The position numbers were made by a program, and so were the translations under genes. Positions 16,599-26,651 of a stretch of DNA of 51,696 bases are shown here, one piece after another. The DNA comes from a virus (taxonomy: Duplodnaviria; Caudoviricetes): positions 1 through 51,696 of the IMG/VR virus record IMGVR_UViG_3300035670_000297; one strand, written 5' to 3'. The notes beneath the pieces are model-generated. The model searched no databases. It was not told the origin of the DNA and saw only the letters and a program-made list of their open reading frames with translations. Positions within the stretch are counted from its first letter, which is position 1, and every line of letters starts with the position of its first letter.

Positions 16599-19500
16599 CC
16601 CGGTGCAATCACTCCCCGGTACTGCTGCTCGAACGCGTTGGGTAGCCGTTCAATCTGCCGTGCCAGCAGTGATTGCTCTCGGGCCTCGATCGCTCTGTCC
16701 CATTCTTGTTTCTGCACATTCATGGGCATGCCAAATGCTTTCTTGAACTCGGCCTCAATCGCCTTTGCTTTCGAGAAAGAGTTGGCAAGGATGGCATTCT
16801 TGTACTCCGACTTCATCTGGACCATCCGGTCTCGATTGCGGATCAAGAAAGCCACGGCCTCTCGGTCGTCCTTGAACCTGCCCATGTCTGCGCCAATGCC
16901 ACGGAGGATGGTGCCGATTCCCCCTCTGAACTCCATCAACGTTCCATCGGAGCGATAGATGGGAACGGTGCCATCCTCCCGCATGGAGCCCCAGTCTGCG
17001 TACTCCCTCTGGATCTCCACACCCGGAAGGTCGGGAAGCTTCGGCAACATGTAGCTCAACCGCTGAAGCGCCACGCCCGATGGCACCAAACGGGCCACCG
17101 TGTTGCCCAGCTTCTCATCGTCAAACTGCAGGATGCCAGCCACCGTATCCAACGGAATGTCGACGATGGGTGGCAGCAGATCGCCGACCTTCCCACTCAG
17201 GATCTTCTGCGGGTAGTCCGTAACCGCCTGACCACCCAGCTGCTGCGAGAGGTCAGCGCCCAGCATGTTCTTGCCGACCTCGTAGATCACGGCACCCGTG
17301 CCCATGATCCGCATGAAGTCGCCCACTGTCGCGTTGATCTCCCACGACGGTCCACCAAACCTGCCCAATCCAAACTCCCGTTTCCCCCCACCGAGAATCG
17401 GAGACACCGTCATGGGATACAGCATGCTGCGCAGGGGGAACGTGACGAACTGCCGAATGGGTGCGCTCGCCAGGTTGATGATTCCAAACAGCGGGTTGGA
17501 CGGCGAGGCCAGAGCCATTGGCGTGTTGAGCGGAGTGGCTCCGTAGTTCACGAAGCCCACCATCTGCTCAATCTGATCCATCTCATTTACGGCGCCCCCC
17601 ACCACGCCGCGTCGGTAGCCCATGATGCCACCTGCCCCTGGCTTCATCGTTGCCCGTCGCATGGCGAACTGCGTCGCCTCGCCGGTAACGATGCGATTGA
17701 ACACCTCGGCCTTCTCGAAGAACTTCATGGGCGCCTCAAGCAGCGCCCACTCCAGCATCCCCGGCCGACGCTGCGCCTGCAACCGGCTCTTGATAATGCT
17801 CCCATCAATCGAGTCAAGCAGGTCGTCCGTGATCGCAAGCAGGTCGCGGCCATCGACGTTCGAGAGCGGGATGTGTTTCTGCAATAGCGCCCGACGCTCG
17901 GCCTGCGAGATGTTCGGGGCAAGGGTTGTACGCTCCTTCGCATACGCGTTGAGTTGCTGTCCCGCCTTCTTCACTCCGTGCCACCATGCGTCAGCACCCA
18001 ACGTGGGCAACAAGAAGGATGGCGTCTGAAGCATCTGACCCAGCACGCTGAACATGTTGAGCGAGAGGTGGGTCTTATACAGGTAGCTTGCGATTCCACC
18101 GCTCATTGCCCTAGCTGATGCAAGCGAAGCAGGCGAAGCCGCAAAGGACTCCATGCTCGCCTTCGCCCTACCAAACAGCGTGTTCGGATCGGTGGCCCAG
18201 TTGAACATCGGAGACTTTGCCAGCCACTCCGCTGTGGACTTCGCCGACTGAAGCGCCCGATACGACATCATGTTCTTCATGGTCGCGCCAGGTTGGCCAG
18301 TCAACCTGGGGATCATGAACTCCCGCATGAACTGAATAGTCTCAGGCGCCTCTCTGCCCGGACGCATCCCAGCCTCCAGCAGGTCGTTGATGTTGAATCC
18401 CCCCACGGGTTCACCACCCCGCCCTCGTCCCCCCATGATGTCGTCATACATCGACTTGGCAGTTTGCCCAACGCTCAGGGGTTCTCGGTAGAGCTCCTTC
18501 GTACCCACCGTCTCCTTCAGCCGGCCCCTCGCGTCCAGTAGACCGGCCTGCTTGTTGAGCCTGCGGGTCTCCTCATTGAAGATTGCCATCACGTCCTTCG
18601 GCACCTGGTCGATGTAGAGAACGTAGTTACCAGCTGACTCACGGGCGTAACGACCCGCCTGTCTTGCGGTGTTCATCGTTAGGAAGGTGGGTTCGTCCTT
18701 CGCGGCTGTGGCGTAATCGCGACTTGCTCTGATCTCTCTGCGCAACCCACGGCTCGTACCAAACTGAGACTCAAGAATCTCCAAGTCCTCTGGGTCGTAG
18801 TGCTGTGCGTTGGGCGTCTTCTTCGCCATCGCACTCCCCATTGTGCGGTTCTTTGGATCCCGCATGCTGGCGACCCGAGCAGCCATTGCCTCCTCTGACT
18901 GAGGATCAATGCGCTTCCCATTGCGGATCTCGACGAAGTCGTTGCGTGGTGCGTAGCGGTTGGTGCTGTTCATCTCCACCACTTGACGCACGTACCCCTT
19001 GAACTCCGTCTCGCTGACCCGGCCCTTACGAACCAGGTCCACCAAGTCGGGGTCCAGCAACCCGAATGCGGTGTCATCCTTCAGCTTCGAGATGTGCTGG
19101 TAGAGCTTCAGCACCTTGTCCTCATCCACCACAAACCGATTGCCGGCCAACGCCTGCGCCTCGTTTGCTGGAGAGTCCTTGCCGGTCAGCATGTACCAAC
19201 GACGGCGGTACAGGTCCCGTACCCCGTTTGCATACTCCAGCCCAGCCCCACCCGCGTAGCCCTGAAGCCACTGCTTGTAGGTTCCCTTCGCATGCCACTG
19301 CCTCTGCTGCTCCTCCCGCCCGACCACCTGCCGCACGGGAATCGAAGGTGGTATCGCCTCAGGCGTGGGCAGCTGGAACGCGCTAGGGGAGTCCGCAATC
19401 TGATGCTGAAGGGTGCGTGGGCCAACGCCCCTCACCCGCACAGTCTCCGTGACATCGAACTGTGGGGGGACTCGATACTCCTTCCCCTTGTACGTGAACG

Positions 19501-20389
19501 TACCAGCCCCGATCTCTCGAGCCCGCAGGTAGGACTCATGCATTCCCTTGAGGTCTACCGTGGGGTCAGCAAACTTGACCCGGGCAGCCCTTGTGCTAAT
19601 CCCCCCACGTCGATTGCGGAGAACCTGCTCGAGGTCCGTGTGGATGTTGCCCTCTTGTCCCAGGTTCCACTTCTCAGTGCCATCCCGCATGACCACCTTC
19701 ATCGAGGGACGAAGACCTGCAGAGGATCTGCGGATGAAGTTCGGAACATCCCGACCTTCGTGGTAGGCCCGCACCGTAGCACCCAGCAACTTCAACTCAT
19801 CCCGGAGCGCCCCGGGCGCGTAGTCCATGGGATCGAGAGAGGTAACCGAGGTCTTGTACTTCTGCTCGAGGTACTGCGTGATCCTGTGTCCGTGCGTGTG
19901 GACAAGATCAGCCTCTTGGCTAACGAGGTCGCCGAATCTCTTCTGCGCCCTCTGCAGCACCGACAGGATGCCACGGTTGTTGACCGAGTTGGTCAGACCC
20001 AGCAGGTTGGCAGACCTCGCAATGTCAATGGCCTTCTTCCCAAACCCACCCTGCGGAATGGAGCTAATCAGCCGGCCCCCGTTCCTCATGATCTGCTTCG
20101 CAGTGATCGGACTGGTCAGCGCCAACAGCAGCACGAATGGGTTGGTCACCAGATCGACGATCGTGTCGGTCACCGGATTCCGGCCGATAGCCTCCTTCAC
20201 CCGGCCAGAGATCCCCTGCCTCTCGAGGGGGGACAAACTAGGAGAGTCAGCCAGCGTCCGGATGGCCAAAGCCGCCGACCCCCGGCCAGACAGGATTTGA
20301 TCCAAGATGACGCCAGGGGCGTCGTACATGCGGATTGGCTCAAACTGGGCCAACCCCTCTTCATCGAATGGAGGCTGTTGAGGTGCCAT
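16526..20389 (-). CDS. Large internal virion / DNA-ejection-like protein, 1287 aa
   Basis: Last and largest gene of the structural operon; helical with amphipathic segments; call rests on podovirus synteny. Confidence 0.6.
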   Translation of the reverse strand: MAPQQPPFDEEGLAQFEPIRMYDAPGVILDQILSGRGSAALAIRTLADSPSLSPLERQGISGRVKEAIGRNPVTDTIVDLVTNPFVLLLALTSPITAKQIMRNGGRLISSIPQGGFGKKAIDIARSANLLGLTNSVNNRGILSVLQRAQKRFGDLVSQEADLVHTHGHRITQYLEQKYKTSVTSLDPMDYAPGALRDELKLLGATVRAYHEGRDVPNFIRRSSAGLRPSMKVVMRDGTEKWNLGQEGNIHTDLEQVLRNRRGGISTRAARVKFADPTVDLKGMHESYLRAREIGAGTFTYKGKEYRVPPQFDVTETVRVRGVGPRTLQHQIADSPSAFQLPTPEAIPPSIPVRQVVGREEQQRQWHAKGTYKQWLQGYAGGAGLEYANGVRDLYRRRWYMLTGKDSPANEAQALAGNRFVVDEDKVLKLYQHISKLKDDTAFGLLDPDLVDLVRKGRVSETEFKGYVRQVVEMNSTNRYAPRNDFVEIRNGKRIDPQSEEAMAARVASMRDPKNRTMGSAMAKKTPNAQHYDPEDLEILESQFGTSRGLRREIRASRDYATAAKDEPTFLTMNTARQAGRYARESAGNYVLYIDQVPKDVMAIFNEETRRLNKQAGLLDARGRLKETVGTKELYREPLSVGQTAKSMYDDIMGGRGRGGEPVGGFNINDLLEAGMRPGREAPETIQFMREFMIPRLTGQPGATMKNMMSYRALQSAKSTAEWLAKSPMFNWATDPNTLFGRAKASMESFAASPASLASARAMSGGIASYLYKTHLSLNMFSVLGQMLQTPSFLLPTLGADAWWHGVKKAGQQLNAYAKERTTLAPNISQAERRALLQKHIPLSNVDGRDLLAITDDLLDSIDGSIIKSRLQAQRRPGMLEWALLEAPMKFFEKAEVFNRIVTGEATQFAMRRATMKPGAGGIMGYRRGVVGGAVNEMDQIEQMVGFVNYGATPLNTPMALASPSNPLFGIINLASAPIRQFVTFPLRSMLYPMTVSPILGGGKREFGLGRFGGPSWEINATVGDFMRIMGTGAVIYEVGKNMLGADLSQQLGGQAVTDYPQKILSGKVGDLLPPIVDIPLDTVAGILQFDDEKLGNTVARLVPSGVALQRLSYMLPKLPDLPGVEIQREYADWGSMREDGTVPIYRSDGTLMEFRGGIGTILRGIGADMGRFKDDREAVAFLIRNRDRMVQMKSEYKNAILANSFSKAKAIEAEFKKAFGMPMNVQKQEWDRAIEAREQSLLARQIERLPNAFEQQYRGVIAPGYSSQLSPFSSGLVPPSDLGGLGQ

Positions 20390-20404
20390 ATGGGTGCTGT
20401 CAGT

Positions 20405-20440
20405 AAAAGGCCCCGGAGAGCTTTCGCGTCATCCGGGGCC
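20405..20440 (-). terminator. Rho-independent terminator
   Basis: GGCCCCGGA-loop-TCCGGGGCC followed by TTTT on the minus strand. Confidence 0.7.
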
Positions 20441-20452
20441 CGTTCCGGGGGA

Positions 20453-20647
20453 TCAGATCTTCTTGGGCATGTAGTCCCAACGGTCGCTTGGGTTCAGCCT
20501 TTGGCCTGCTCCCATTCGACTGGGCTGCTCTTCACCAGTTACGGTCGCTCCGGCTGAGCCAGGCCCCTTCTTCTTCTTGTTCTTCGACTTGAGCAAGTCA
20601 GAGAGTTGACTCAAGTAACCAGACTTTTGTGAGCTCCCCATGTTCAT
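20453..20647 (-). CDS. Small basic hypothetical protein
   Basis: AAGGA RBS; in operon. Confidence 0.65.
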   Translation of the reverse strand: MNMGSSQKSGYLSQLSDLLKSKNKKKKGPGSAGATVTGEEQPSRMGAGQRLNPSDRWDYMPKKI

Positions 20648-20659
20648 CTCTGTGGTTCC

Positions 20660-21085
20660 TTATGCAATTCGGGATCTGATTCGTGCCTGGATCGTGCCTT
20701 TGAAGTTCGTAACGTTACCAGTGTACTCAAATCCCAACCAACTTCCAGCAGGCACGATGTTCTCAAACGGGCACATGTTCAACTGGAACGTCCCCGCCGC
20801 CCCCAATGGGGCGCTGTTCGTGCAGATGTAAACCCCATCGCTTGCGAAGTTGGCGGTAGTTGGGACCGCAGGCACGGCCAACGTACCCACCAACTTCTGG
20901 AACTTCACGATCGACCCAGCCTGCCCGGCCTCATGGACCCCTACCCAAATAGAGTCCACGACAAAGTCCCTATCCGCAAAGAACCACGAAGTACCACTTG
21001 CAGCCTTCCCGGCGTCAACCTCAAACAGCATCACCTGAAAGTCATCAGGGTAATGCTGAGTTACAAGTGGTCTTTGCCCGGCCAC
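20660..21085 (-). CDS. Beta-rich virion-like protein, paralog B
   Basis: PLVTQHYPDDFQV..ADRD..DSI shared with the adjacent gene. Confidence 0.75.
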   Translation of the reverse strand: MAGQRPLVTQHYPDDFQVMLFEVDAGKAASGTSWFFADRDFVVDSIWVGVHEAGQAGSIVKFQKLVGTLAVPAVPTTANFASDGVYICTNSAPLGAAGTFQLNMCPFENIVPAGSWLGFEYTGNVTNFKGTIQARIRSRIA

Positions 21086-21520
21086 TTAGGCCACGCGGCT
21101 TCGGAACCGCACCTGAATGATTCCGTCAGGCGTACCAATGGTTCCAGCCACGATTACGCCAACGAAGTTGCCAGCCTTCACAAGATTTGTGTCGCTGGAC
21201 GGCGTAGCCAAAGAAACAACCGTGGTAGCCGGGACCGTAGCACTACTACCCATCGCAAAAGCCGTGCCGTGAAGAGCAGTACCACCAGTGATGTGGGCTG
21301 CTGCCCCCGTTGAAGGGGTTGCAACAGTGCCGACGGTGCTCTTCGCCAACTGCAGTGTAGCGCCAGCACCACCAGCGGTTTGAATGCTGAAAGTAATGCT
21401 GTCAATCACAATGTCTCGATCGGCGTAGAACAGAAGATCGCCAGACGAAAACGCACGAATCTGAAAAGTCAGAACCTGGAAGTCGTCGGGGTAGTGCTGG
21501 GTAACGAGGGGGACGGGCAT
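21086..21520 (-). CDS. Beta-rich virion-like protein, paralog A
   Basis: PLVTQHYPDDFQV..ADRD..DSI; Ala/Thr/Gly-rich. Confidence 0.75.
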   Translation of the reverse strand: MPVPLVTQHYPDDFQVLTFQIRAFSSGDLLFYADRDIVIDSITFSIQTAGGAGATLQLAKSTVGTVATPSTGAAAHITGGTALHGTAFAMGSSATVPATTVVSLATPSSDTNLVKAGNFVGVIVAGTIGTPDGIIQVRFRSRVA

Positions 21521-21526
21521 GGGGGT

Positions 21527-22291
21527 TTATCCAATCAGTTCGGACAGCGGGTCTGGTTGCTGGAATGCGCCGCTGTCCATTGCACGCGCCAGCTCCATCA
21601 GAAGATCTTGCCGAGGCTGACCGCCCAACACCACTGCCCCTCGGGGCAACCGGCGACCAGCTGAGACTTGATTGTAGAGGGCAGGATTGTTCTGTGCAAC
21701 CCGCGCCAAGTTCTCCTGGATCGACTGCTGCAGTCGAGCATTCTCCATGATGCTCGCGATCTGTCGACCACGGAACTTGTCATTCTGCCTTCGAAGAACG
21801 TCTCCAGCTGCGAGTCGAGCCTGCTCTTGTGTTCGTCCCCCCGGACCAAGCAGGTCGGTTTCCTCGGTTAGGTAGTTGATAAGGGGAGAAGCACCAAGGT
21901 AGGCCAAGCCGCCAAGCCCACCCAAGCCGGCGAGTCCCCTCAGCATTCCCACTCTACGCCCAGCCAGACCTAAGCCTCGACCAAAGGCAGCCCTAGAACC
22001 CAGGCTCGTGCCAAGTTCAATGGCTTGACCGATGCGGCCAGCCCGCCGCTTGGCCATCTTCAACCGGCCACTCAGCTTGTTGAAGTAGCGGCCACGCTTT
22101 GGCCTAGCCCTCTGACTGAAAGTAGCAGAGCCGGGACGTTGTCTTTGTAGTTCCTCAAGAGCAGCCAATTCCTCTGGGGAGACTGCAGGAACAGGACCAA
22201 TAATAGGATCAGGACCAATCGGAGCATCGTATGCATCTGCTCCTTCGGGACCCCGACTCGGACCACGCCGGCGACGACGGCGACGAGCCAT
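21527..22291 (-). CDS. Hypothetical (internal virion-like) protein with Arg-rich N-terminus
   Basis: TAATG coupling; Gly-rich hydrophobic segment. Confidence 0.7.
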   Translation of the reverse strand: MARRRRRRRGPSRGPEGADAYDAPIGPDPIIGPVPAVSPEELAALEELQRQRPGSATFSQRARPKRGRYFNKLSGRLKMAKRRAGRIGQAIELGTSLGSRAAFGRGLGLAGRRVGMLRGLAGLGGLGGLAYLGASPLINYLTEETDLLGPGGRTQEQARLAAGDVLRRQNDKFRGRQIASIMENARLQQSIQENLARVAQNNPALYNQVSAGRRLPRGAVVLGGQPRQDLLMELARAMDSGAFQQPDPLSELIG

Positions 22292-22725
22292 TAGTAGTAA
22301 CCTCGCTCAGCCATGAGCTGAGCAAACCCTCGAGGAGTCTGCTGGGACATACCTGCAATCTGATCCCGGTATGCGTCAGTCAGGGTCATCAACTCGGGGC
22401 TAATCATTCGATTTGGCATGTTGAAAGAGCTGCCATACGCAGCACCCTGCGAGCCAACAAGCTGGTCTTGAAGCCCGCGCTTCTGCAGCATTCCTTCTAT
22501 AGCAGAGGTGCCCATGCCCGACGACCCACCCTGCTGCCGCATCAAAGCATCCAGAATGTCGGGGGGCAGTCCTCCCTCCCCACCACCATCCCCTTCCTCT
22601 GGAGAGCCCTGAACCATTCGGTCGAGCGACGGACCCAGAAGGCTAAACAACAACATGGCAGCAACATTGGCGCCCAAGAAGCCGCCAGCCTTACCAAGCA
22701 TCGAACCGATTCGTCCTCTAGCCAT
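22291..22725 (-). CDS. Hypothetical protein with N-terminal hydrophobic helix
   Basis: AGGAG RBS; in operon. Confidence 0.7.
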   Translation of the reverse strand: MARGRIGSMLGKAGGFLGANVAAMLLFSLLGPSLDRMVQGSPEEGDGGGEGGLPPDILDALMRQQGGSSGMGTSAIEGMLQKRGLQDQLVGSQGAAYGSSFNMPNRMISPELMTLTDAYRDQIAGMSQQTPRGFAQLMAERGYY

Positions 22726-23122
22726 GTTGCATCATCTCCTGCTGCGCTCGAAGCCGCTCGATGCGCTCGGCGACATCATAACGCGTAAACGCCGCAATGC
22801 CGAATACCGACTCCTGACTGTCGGCGTCCCACAGGTGCCACACGACCGACCGATTGAGTCGATGGGGGGACAAAGCACGAGTATCTCGAAGATCCCAGAG
22901 CCACCTGCGAAGCACCTTCTGCGTGACTTCCCGGCCCCCCACGACCAGGTCCTCGCTCCCGACATCTACCAGCGAAGCGGGATGTCCCCCCACGTTGAGG
23001 TCGGGGACCGTCTCCTGGGTCCACCCCTGCAGGGGGAAGACATAGCCGTACTCCTCCTTGCGGTGGTTCTCCACAAGGTGGGTAGTTACGGCCTTCCAGT
23101 CTGGCGAGTCTGGGGCTTTCAT
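22718..23122 (-). CDS. Hypothetical protein, 134 aa
   Basis: ATGA overlap with the upstream gene. Confidence 0.7.
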   Translation of the reverse strand: MKAPDSPDWKAVTTHLVENHRKEEYGYVFPLQGWTQETVPDLNVGGHPASLVDVGSEDLVVGGREVTQKVLRRWLWDLRDTRALSPHRLNRSVVWHLWDADSQESVFGIAAFTRYDVAERIERLRAQQEMMQHG

Positions 23123-24861
23123 CGGTACTCAGTGGGCCTCTCAAGGGGGCCGGGTGTTTGTCCCCTGCCCCTCCGCTTCTTCGCTTGCTCCTCCAGCAGC
23201 CTCGCGCGTTCCTGGCTTCCAGCTTCCGCAACCATCTGGTCGAGAACGTCGAGGTTAAGGCCCTGGGCATTAGCGGGATCTGCCAAGAACTCAGCCATCG
23301 CCTTCTTGAGGTCCTTCGTAATGACGTTTTGACCGGTGATGTCAGCCATCGTTCCAAGCAACTCCCGAATGGCCTTGACTTGATCTGGCTGAGCAATTCC
23401 AAACTGACCACGGCGCACGTCAGCTCCCGGCCCAAGTGTGGCGTCGAGAAGCTGAGTAAGCTGCCGCTCGTCCATGGTGATCTCGCCACCAGGGCCGCTT
23501 GGAGTAAACGCCTTGTTGATCGCCTGAATGACTCGCTCGTAATCGGAGGCTCTTTGAATCTGACCCGAGCCAAACACTGAACCAAGGGTCGTTGCGATAG
23601 AGTCAAGCTCATCTGACAGCCCTCGACCCAGCGCATTGATGAGATCCTGCTCAGTGCCCTCTCCCGTCACGTCGCCAAACCGGGGCGTAGCAACGCCACC
23701 CTCGCCGGCAGGACCCTGCTGGATGGCCTTAGCCGCTGCCTTGAAGAACTCCACAAAGCCTTCTTGGCCAAGACCGCTTTGACCACCAAGGTCAGTAATC
23801 CGATCCTGCAATCGGCTCTTCACCATGTTGATGCGGTCAGGATCTCCTGACTGAGTGGCAATCCTCAACATGTCAACGTCGGCCATCAAGCCCCCGATGT
23901 CGTCACTGGAAAGACCAAGCTTGCTGGCAAGATCGCCACCAAGCATCTGCGTAACGGCTCGAGACTTACTGCCACTTACAGAAGCCGCAGCTCGGCCGGC
24001 CTCGATGCTACCTGCAATACCTGCCCTACGTTGAAAGAGACCAGGCTCATCATAAAACCCTGCTCGTCCAATCGCCCCGAGGATGCCGCCTTCTGGCGCT
24101 GAGGCCGCCCAGTTCTTCAAGGTCTCCTCGGGAACAAGTGCAGCAAGGGCGGCAGCAAAGCCTTCATCCTGAATAGCAAAGTGAAGATCGGAATACGCTG
24201 CCACTCCGGGGATTCCACCTCCGGAGACGAGTCCGCCGGTTGCCTTGCTACGGGCGCCTTGAACCACGTTTCGCAGAGCACCAGTGAAGTCAATGGCTCC
24301 GCCTTCAGCAATGGCCTTATCTCTCTGGGCCATGAGCGCGTCTCGCTGGGTTTGGAACCCATTGACCAGTTGCTCCCGCTGCGTACTGCTCAGTTGCGTC
24401 AAGCCAGCGGCCGAAGCTTCAGACTCCGCAATCGAAGTCTTCATCTCTTCGCTCCTCTGCATCAACTCGAAACGGCGATGTCGAAGCTCTTCCCGCTTTG
24501 CTCCAGTGGCGACTGAGATCTGCGCCTCGAGCTGATCCTGCTCTTGCTCAAGCTCAAGCTGCTGTCCCATGAGGCGCTCTCGAGCCTGCTGCTCGAGAGC
24601 CATTCGGTCTTGGTTCAGCTTGGACTGCATCTGACCCTGAGCACCCAGCATCTCCATCTGTCGTGCAAAACCCCGCTCTTCGCTTTCCTTCTGACGCCCG
24701 TAGGCTCGAGCCTCGGCATCCCTAGTCTCGGCCATCATGCGCATGAACTGCTCGCGGCTGCCCATGTCTCCTGGGTCACGACCGCCGCCGCCACCCCCAC
24801 GACCCTGCAGGGCCATGAGCTGCGCGTTCACATCAGATCCAAATGGAGACTGAAGACTCAT
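23119..24861 (-). CDS. Coiled-coil internal virion/ejection-like protein
   Basis: TAATG coupling at 24861; Q/E/A-rich heptads. Confidence 0.65.
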   Translation of the reverse strand: MSLQSPFGSDVNAQLMALQGRGGGGGGRDPGDMGSREQFMRMMAETRDAEARAYGRQKESEERGFARQMEMLGAQGQMQSKLNQDRMALEQQARERLMGQQLELEQEQDQLEAQISVATGAKREELRHRRFELMQRSEEMKTSIAESEASAAGLTQLSSTQREQLVNGFQTQRDALMAQRDKAIAEGGAIDFTGALRNVVQGARSKATGGLVSGGGIPGVAAYSDLHFAIQDEGFAAALAALVPEETLKNWAASAPEGGILGAIGRAGFYDEPGLFQRRAGIAGSIEAGRAAASVSGSKSRAVTQMLGGDLASKLGLSSDDIGGLMADVDMLRIATQSGDPDRINMVKSRLQDRITDLGGQSGLGQEGFVEFFKAAAKAIQQGPAGEGGVATPRFGDVTGEGTEQDLINALGRGLSDELDSIATTLGSVFGSGQIQRASDYERVIQAINKAFTPSGPGGEITMDERQLTQLLDATLGPGADVRRGQFGIAQPDQVKAIRELLGTMADITGQNVITKDLKKAMAEFLADPANAQGLNLDVLDQMVAEAGSQERARLLEEQAKKRRGRGQTPGPLERPTEYR

Positions 24862-26183
24862 TAGATGATTCCCCTTCGACGACCTTCTTGGTATGCCTCG
24901 GTGCCCCAATCAGGACCAAGGCCAAGTCGCTTTGCTGCCTCAGGACTCATAAGCCCACTTTCCGTAGTTCGAAGTGGTGGAAGTTGCGAAGCTGCTGGAG
25001 CACTCGAAGCCATGGGCTGCCGTACCCCTCTGCGAGAGGTCTCCACAATGTTTCCGCCGAAGTTCATCGGGGTGGCTTGTGCTCCCCCCACGAGTCCGAA
25101 CTGGTTGCGTGGGATGAGGTTCTGGGCGTTCATCGCAGTAATCATGGTCTGCAGCATCGACACCGGGCTGAAGGGCCGAGCCATAATCAACTGGGCAGAG
25201 TTGCTGAGACCCTGCAGTCGCAGGCTCTCAGCCGCCTGAGCCGCCTGTGCTTGCTGCTGGGCAGAGGCCTGATAGAGACCAGCAGCCAACTGACGAGCCT
25301 GCTGCTGACCCATACGAGCGCCATACTGCAGCTGGGCACCAGCCTGCCCCAAGCCGGCGCCGAACTCCGCACTCCGCTGCTGCATCCCAGCAAGCGTCTG
25401 CTGCAAGCCGGCAGTTGTTCGCTCTTTCTCGGCGGCAAGATCAGTGACAGTCTTGAACTTCAACTGGTCTGCCTGCTGACGGATCTGACGAGACGCCTCC
25501 TGGAACTGACCCTGCGTTCCGGGGATCGCGCCTCCCATGGCAGCGGCCGCCTCGTCCGTTCGAGCGGCCTCTGACTGCGCAATGGCAGAAGCAGCGGCAC
25601 TCTGCTGCTGGGCAATCGACTCACCGTAGTCACGGATGGCCTTCTGCTGATCGGCCCTCGCCTGGCCGTATTCCCTAGCGTACTTCTTCTCGACATCCGC
25701 AAACTGCCTCTGCATGTCTTCAAAAGCAGTGTCAGCAATGTTGATGGCCTGTTCGCCCATCTGACGCATACGCGCCAGGTCTCCAACACCGGCCGTCCTG
25801 ATTGCAGAGGCCCCAGCCTCGGCGCCACTTCGAATGTCACGAGCGGCGTTCATGACGTTGCCGTAGTTCATCGCCTCAGCTTGACGTGCTGCAAGATCGT
25901 CAAGAGCCACAGCGCCCAGCATGTGGTGGCCGCCAATGCGACCAGCAGACCCGGCCTGCATCAACTGCTGAGGGCTTGTGTGAAAGCCGGACATGATGTC
26001 CATGAGGGCCTGACGATGGGCCTGGTCCATCCTTTGCGCCTCTCCAAGCGCAAACGATTGGCCAGCTTGCTGGTGCATCATCCCGGGCGTCATCGAGCCA
26101 GGACCACCCTGTGCATAGCTGCGCGGAGCTGGAGAATTAGCGGCTCCGAATGGAACGTTGAATGGGTTTTGGAAGGAGCTCAT
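24861..26183 (-). CDS. Ala/Gln-rich internal virion/pilot-like protein
   Basis: Long A/Q-rich helix typical of podovirus ejection proteins. Confidence 0.65.
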   Translation of the reverse strand: MSSFQNPFNVPFGAANSPAPRSYAQGGPGSMTPGMMHQQAGQSFALGEAQRMDQAHRQALMDIMSGFHTSPQQLMQAGSAGRIGGHHMLGAVALDDLAARQAEAMNYGNVMNAARDIRSGAEAGASAIRTAGVGDLARMRQMGEQAINIADTAFEDMQRQFADVEKKYAREYGQARADQQKAIRDYGESIAQQQSAAASAIAQSEAARTDEAAAAMGGAIPGTQGQFQEASRQIRQQADQLKFKTVTDLAAEKERTTAGLQQTLAGMQQRSAEFGAGLGQAGAQLQYGARMGQQQARQLAAGLYQASAQQQAQAAQAAESLRLQGLSNSAQLIMARPFSPVSMLQTMITAMNAQNLIPRNQFGLVGGAQATPMNFGGNIVETSRRGVRQPMASSAPAASQLPPLRTTESGLMSPEAAKRLGLGPDWGTEAYQEGRRRGII

Positions 26184-26198
26184 CTTCTTTGCAGCCTA

Positions 26199-26651
26199 CT
26201 AAAAGCGGTAGCCTCGATCTTCGTACTGCTGTCTCAGTTGGTTGTACCGATCAAGGTAGGGAAGCATGTCTTGCATATACCGAGACGATGGATTTGCGCC
26301 GATGATTCCAAGATCAGCAGCCATACGAGGGGAGTAGCCCCCAAATGCTGCACCTGCGTAATCCTTCATTGACTTCGGATTTGCATAGTTCCTGTCTTGG
26401 CGGTTTGCCCCTAAGAGTTGCCTGCTAACTCGTTGGGCTTCCTGCCTTAGACGATTGAAGTCCGACTCGTAGTCCGACCCAAGCTGGGAATAGCCAGACG
26501 CTTGACGCTGCATTTGAGAACTAGCGGCAGGGTTCTCTCTACGCATCTGCTGAAAGACTTGATAGGGATTGAGAGCTGACTGGGCCGAAGCTCCAGACCT
26601 AGCCATAAGGGATTGGAGGTCCCCCAACGAGATTCCCATTGGGCCATTCAT
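26199..26651 (-). CDS. Hypothetical Gln-rich protein, 150 aa
   Basis: TAATG coupling. Confidence 0.7.
   Translation of the reverse strand: MNGPMGISLGDLQSLMARSGASAQSALNPYQVFQQMRRENPAASSQMQRQASGYSQLGSDYESDFNRLRQEAQRVSRQLLGANRQDRNYANPKSMKDYAGAAFGGYSPRMAADLGIIGANPSSRYMQDMLPYLDRYNQLRQQYEDRGYRF

Noticed and set aside
16526-20389. Virion RNA polymerase or tape-measure protein
   Set aside because: No DxDGD or single-subunit RNAP motifs and no tape-measure periodicity recognised
16673-20557. 404-aa and 524-aa + strand ORFs opposite the 1287-aa gene
   Set aside because: Antisense shadows with unnatural H/R/P-rich composition
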